A DNA stretch of 10,735 nt from Pseudomonadota bacterium. GTDB lineage: Bacteria; Bdellovibrionota; FAC87; UBA2466. How positions within the stretch are numbered: the first letter of the stretch is position 1; each line of letters begins with the position of its first letter. Positions 7,261-10,735 of the stretch are shown one piece after another. The translations under genes and the position numbers were made by a program. The notes beneath the pieces are model-generated. The model was not told where the DNA came from, did no database searches, and saw only the letters and a program-made list of their open reading frames with translations. The stretch lies in the NCBI GenBank assembly GCA_043718025.1, contig JAYSWN010000106.1:1-10735 (forward strand), read 5' to 3'.

Positions 7261-8109
7261 ATGAAATTAAAAAGATCGACGGCCGTTTTAGGTGACGCTC
7301 TGGATGTACTCGGCCGCCTTCCTAACTCTTCTTTTGATGCCTGCATCGTCGACCCTCCTTACAACATGAGTAAGAAGAAGGGGCTTACCTGGGCCTTTTC
7401 AAAACATGTGACGATGCAAGAGACGTGGGACCGGTTTAGCAAAGAGGAGTATTTTGGCTTCTCTTTCAAATGGATTTCCGAGGTGTGTCGGGTGGTAAAG
7501 CCCAATGGAAATCTCTTTCTCTTCGGCACCTACCACAACATCTACACGCTGGGTTTCATCCTGCAGCAGCTCGACCGCAAAGTGTTAAATAGCATCGTTT
7601 GGGTAAAGCCAAATGCTCAGCCCAACATAACGTGCCGTATGCTCACCGAAAGTTCTGAGCAAGTCGTCTGGGCCTGCAACAACACCATTAAAGATGCCTC
7701 AAAGTGGACGTTTCACTACCAGACGATGAAGCAGTTCAACGATGGCAAACAACTTCGCAACGTCTGGTCCCTACCGGTCACGCCGAGAAGTGAGCGCGTG
7801 GCGGGTCACCCCAGTCAAAAACCGCTGGCATTAATTGAACGCCTCGTAATGTTGGGCACCAATCCGGGCGATTGGATCTTAGATCCGTTTGCCGGAGTGG
7901 GCACGACGGGGCTGGCGGCTCTAAAGCACGACCGCAAGTTTCTCATTGTAGAAAAGCTCAATCGTTACGTAAAAGCGCAAAAAGAACGGTTTATGAAAGC
8001 CGATAACGGTAAGTCGGTGGACTTCGTAAAAGCGGCAGATCTTCAGCCACCCGCGTTAAAGCGAAAGCCCAAGCCTTTAGCGACGCAAGTGCAGCTACCG
8101 AGCCTTTGA
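7261..8109 (+). CDS. Beta-class amino (probably N6-adenine) DNA methyltransferase, DpnA/CcrM/M.HinfI-like; no restriction partner in the window
   Basis: The catalytic DPPY precedes the SAM-binding DPFAGVGTT (beta order). Family motifs: GTYHNIYTLG, WVKPNAQPNITCR, NDGKQLRNVW, HPSQKPLALIER. It starts 2 nt after the upstream stop. Confidence 0.93.
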   Translation: MKLKRSTAVLGDALDVLGRLPNSSFDACIVDPPYNMSKKKGLTWAFSKHVTMQETWDRFSKEEYFGFSFKWISEVCRVVKPNGNLFLFGTYHNIYTLGFILQQLDRKVLNSIVWVKPNAQPNITCRMLTESSEQVVWACNNTIKDASKWTFHYQTMKQFNDGKQLRNVWSLPVTPRSERVAGHPSQKPLALIERLVMLGTNPGDWILDPFAGVGTTGLAALKHDRKFLIVEKLNRYVKAQKERFMKADNGKSVDFVKAADLQPPALKRKPKPLATQVQLPSL

Positions 8110-8134
8110 TTTCACTTCCTTAGCAGTTACAAGG

Positions 8135-8164
8135 TTGACGATTTAGGCTTCCTATCCCTAAATT
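8135..8164 (+). promoter_or_regulatory. sigma70-like promoter for the ferredoxin, with a 7-bp inverted repeat spanning the spacer and -10
   Basis: TTGACG (8135-8140), 18 nt, TAAATT (8159-8164). ATTTAGG (8141-8147), 9 nt, CCTAAAT (8157-8163). Confidence 0.5.
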
Positions 8165-8186
8165 TAGCGGGTAGAAGGGCATCACA

Positions 8187-8417
8187 ATGGCGGACAAAGA
8201 AGATAAGTATGAAGATAACGTACCGGGAAAATGGTACGTCGACCGCAAATGCATCCTTTGCAGCGTGTGTTCCGAAGCCGCCCCCAATAATTTTAAAGAA
8301 TCCACTGCGCAAGACCACGACATTGTCTTTAAGCAGCCTGAAAACGCAGACGAATCTTACCAATGTGAAGAGGCCATGGCCGCCTGCCCCGTAGAAGCCA
8401 TCGGCAACGATGGTTAA
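8187..8417 (+). CDS. Monocluster [4Fe-4S] ferredoxin
   Basis: 76 aa and acidic. YVDRKCILCSVC...EEAMAACPVEAI gives CxxCxxC plus a distal CP. An AGAAGGG SD-like sequence lies upstream. Confidence 0.93.
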   Translation: MADKEDKYEDNVPGKWYVDRKCILCSVCSEAAPNNFKESTAQDHDIVFKQPENADESYQCEEAMAACPVEAIGNDG

Positions 8418-8432
8418 GCCCGGGCGCAAACA

Positions 8433-8813
8433 CTACTTGTCTTGCGGTTCGACGGCGACGGCAACTTCGGGAGCCTCCGGATTTTCACCGAGGGTTTTGT
8501 AAAGAATGGAACGCAAAGTCCACTCTTTCGTTTTCTCTGGGGTGTCGGCAGGGGGCACCATAAAGATGGTTTCCCAAGGGCAAATATTGGCGCACATCTC
8601 GCAGCCGATACAACGCTCTAGATCTACCTCTACCAACCGCATGAAGTCAGGATGCTCTTCGCCCGGCACTTGCTCAATGCAATCAACCGGGCAAACGGGA
8701 ATGCAGGCGTGGCAACCGGTACAGCCTTTTTGGTCGATGATGGCGTAGTGGCGCGGCGGCTTCTTGCGATCCGGTTTTCCTAAAGCTGGATTTTCATCTT
8801 TCTTTTCAAACAT
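8433..8813 (-). CDS. 2x[4Fe-4S] dicluster ferredoxin-domain protein
   Basis: CTGCHACIPVCP and CIGCEMCANICP are two CxxCxxCxxxCP motifs. It starts 10 nt after the lipB stop with an AGGA SD. Confidence 0.92.
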   Translation of the reverse strand: MFEKKDENPALGKPDRKKPPRHYAIIDQKGCTGCHACIPVCPVDCIEQVPGEEHPDFMRLVEVDLERCIGCEMCANICPWETIFMVPPADTPEKTKEWTLRSILYKTLGENPEAPEVAVAVEPQDK

Positions 8814-8823
8814 GCAGTTGATC

Positions 8824-9504
8824 CTATCCTACCGGCCGTTGAAAAACCTTTGAAAAGTGCCTTACGTAAGCCACCTTCACTTCAGAAATGCTAGGGCACT
8901 CTTCACCCAGCTCTTTTTTCATCGAAGTCATAATCGAGCTGGGAAGTCCGCAGGGATTTATCTCAAAAAATCCCGACAAGTCATTGTCTACGTTTAGCGC
9001 CGAACCGTGATAGGTGATCCACCTGGTGATAGCCACGCCCAGGCTCGCAATTTTTCTCTCGTTGTTGCCCACCCAAACCCCGGTGAAACTGGGTTTTCGT
9101 CCCGCTTCGATACCAAAGTTGGCCAGCGTAAGGATCAGCACCTCTTCTAGTTTGCGCAAAAAAACCGGAACGCTGCGCTCGATCCCTTCGAGCTGCAATA
9201 GCGGGTAACAGACGAGTTGGCCGGGATTATGAAAGGTAACGTCGCCGCCACGCTCAATTGCCACTCTTTTTTTCCCGTCGTTGATTTGAGTAACGGCGCC
9301 ACACTTGCGTCCATAGGTAAACACCTCGGGGTGCTCGACCAATAACAGTAAGTCTGGTTCGGAAGCAGCTGCCTTTTTTCGTTCAACCCAAGCTTTTTGT
9401 AAGTCGTAGGTTTCTAAATACTCTTTGGTTCCTAGATCCAGAAGGGTGGTCGCCTTACCGGTTAAGGGGACTGAGTTCTCGCGTTTTGAAACCGCACCGT
9501 TCAT
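8824..9504 (-). CDS. lipB: Lipoyl(octanoyl) transferase LipB
   Basis: EHPEVFTYGR, ERGGDVTFHNPGQLVCYP, RKIASLG, YHGSALNV and INPCG motifs. ATGA overlap with the lpdA stop. Confidence 0.95.
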   Translation of the reverse strand: MNGAVSKRENSVPLTGKATTLLDLGTKEYLETYDLQKAWVERKKAAASEPDLLLLVEHPEVFTYGRKCGAVTQINDGKKRVAIERGGDVTFHNPGQLVCYPLLQLEGIERSVPVFLRKLEEVLILTLANFGIEAGRKPSFTGVWVGNNERKIASLGVAITRWITYHGSALNVDNDLSGFFEINPCGLPSSIMTSMKKELGEECPSISEVKVAYVRHFSKVFQRPVG

Positions 9505-10735
9505 GCGTTGGTCACCGTGCGGGCCGAAGTGACGGTGGCACCGGCCCGACCTGCGCCTTTAGGTTTGTAAATGTGTACCGCGTGGCCCAGCGCGGCTTCA
9601 AGACTCTCGGGAAACGCCTCGGGCAAAGTGGGGTGGGTGTGAATCACCCGCTCCAAGTCTTGCACCGTGGCTCCCATTTCAATGGCCAAAGTGGCCTCCG
9701 CGATGAGGTTAGACGCTTCGGGGCCAACAATGTGCACGCCAAGAATCTGCCCGGTTTTCTCATCGATGACCGATTTAATAAAACCGTCGGTCTCGTTGGT
9801 TCCTAGCGCCCGGCCAGAAGCCGCGAAAGGAAATTTTCCAACCGCAACCGCAAAGCCTTTGGCTCTCGCTTCGGCCTCGGTGAGTCCACAGACCGCAATT
9901 TCGGGATCCGAAAACACCGCCCAAGGCACCGTCTTATAATCGCGGTGAGACTTATCTCCGGCAATCGTTGCCGCCACTAGTAAACCGTCCATTGAGGCCC
10001 GGTGGGCCAGCTGTGGAGCGCCGTTCACATCGCCAATCGCATAAACGCCCGACGCTGAGGTGAGCCCCAAATTGTCGGTGAGGATATTTCCTTTGGGGTC
10101 GAGCTTCACGCCGGCCTTCTCCAGCCCAATTCCCGTAGTGTTCGGCTTGCGGCCTACGCTCACCAGGATGACATCGGCCTCAAGGGCCTCTTTTTTGCCA
10201 TCCGGCAGTTCCACTTCGAGGTGCAGATCTTTTGCTTTTAACGGATCCTTTTCTTTCAATCCCGAGGCTTTGGTCTTGGTGAGAATGCGTACACCGAGCT
10301 TTTTCAGCTTTTTCTCCACTACCGCAACCAGTTCGGGGTCCACCGTGGAAAGCAATCGATCCATCGCTTCGACGATTGTCACCTGAGTGCCAAGCTTGGC
10401 GTAAACAGTTCCAATTTCCACGCCGATGAAACCGCCACCAACTACAATCATTTTCTTGGGCAGGCTTTTTAATTCGAGGGCTTCGGTCGAACTAAGAATG
10501 TTCTTACCGTTAAAAGGCAGGAACGGAATTTCGAACGTTGAGGATCCGGTCGCGATAACTAGATTGGCCCCTTCGATAATCTCCATGCCCTCTTTCATTG
10601 TCACTTTTACTTTGTGGGCACTCTCAAGCACCGCCGTTCCCTTAAAAATCTCAACGCCGTTCATCTTCAAGAGTTGGGCGACACCGCCGGTAAGCTTCTT
10701 GACCACATCACCTTTCCACTCCTGCATCTTCTCCA
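9501..10735 (-). CDS. lpdA: Dihydrolipoyl dehydrogenase (E3), 5' end beyond the right edge
   Basis: IATGS, GGGFIG (NAD-binding), AIGDVNGAPQLAHRAS, GKFPFAASGRA and HTHPTLPE motifs. The N-terminal FAD-binding and redox-cysteine motifs are not in view, and the frame stays open past the track's Met at 10727. Confidence 0.95.
   Translation of the reverse strand, partial: EKMQEWKGDVVKKLTGGVAQLLKMNGVEIFKGTAVLESAHKVKVTMKEGMEIIEGANLVIATGSSTFEIPFLPFNGKNILSSTEALELKSLPKKMIVVGGGFIGVEIGTVYAKLGTQVTIVEAMDRLLSTVDPELVAVVEKKLKKLGVRILTKTKASGLKEKDPLKAKDLHLEVELPDGKKEALEADVILVSVGRKPNTTGIGLEKAGVKLDPKGNILTDNLGLTSASGVYAIGDVNGAPQLAHRASMDGLLVAATIAGDKSHRDYKTVPWAVFSDPEIAVCGLTEAEARAKGFAVAVGKFPFAASGRALGTNETDGFIKSVIDEKTGQILGVHIVGPEASNLIAEATLAIEMGATVQDLERVIHTHPTLPEAFPESLEAALGHAVHIYKPKGAGRAGATVTSARTVTNA

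Noticed and set aside
2584..10386. Remaining short track ORFs overlapping the called genes (e.g. 2584..2901, 3788..3970, 4598..4888, 6461..6754, 8127..8429, 8506..8748, 9667..9939, 10060..10386)
   Set aside because: They are antisense or off-frame by-products of well-supported genes, with no motifs of their own.

Overview
Gene-dense bacterial chromosomal window. The gene styles and FliA-like promoters suggest a Bdellovibrionota/delta-proteobacteria-like organism, but this is inference only. Left to right: (1) a >=500-aa low-complexity P/E/A/T-rich ORF on the minus strand that runs off the left edge and is missing from the ORF track; (2) an amgK-murU-like peptidoglycan-recycling pair; (3) a ~608-aa exported low-complexity protein with PT repeats; (4) a 772-bp divergent intergenic region with a sigma28-like promoter and a 20-bp-arm GTAG-type REP-like palindrome; (5) a tightly coupled ferritin-like diiron protein and orphan DpnA/CcrM-like adenine DNA methyltransferase, followed by a monocluster ferredoxin; (6) convergently, the lpdA (partial)-lipB-dicluster ferredoxin operon. 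The best candidate for an undescribed system is the diiron enzyme + orphan methyltransferase (+ ferredoxin) unit downstream of the sigma28-like promoter. Its function is unproven.
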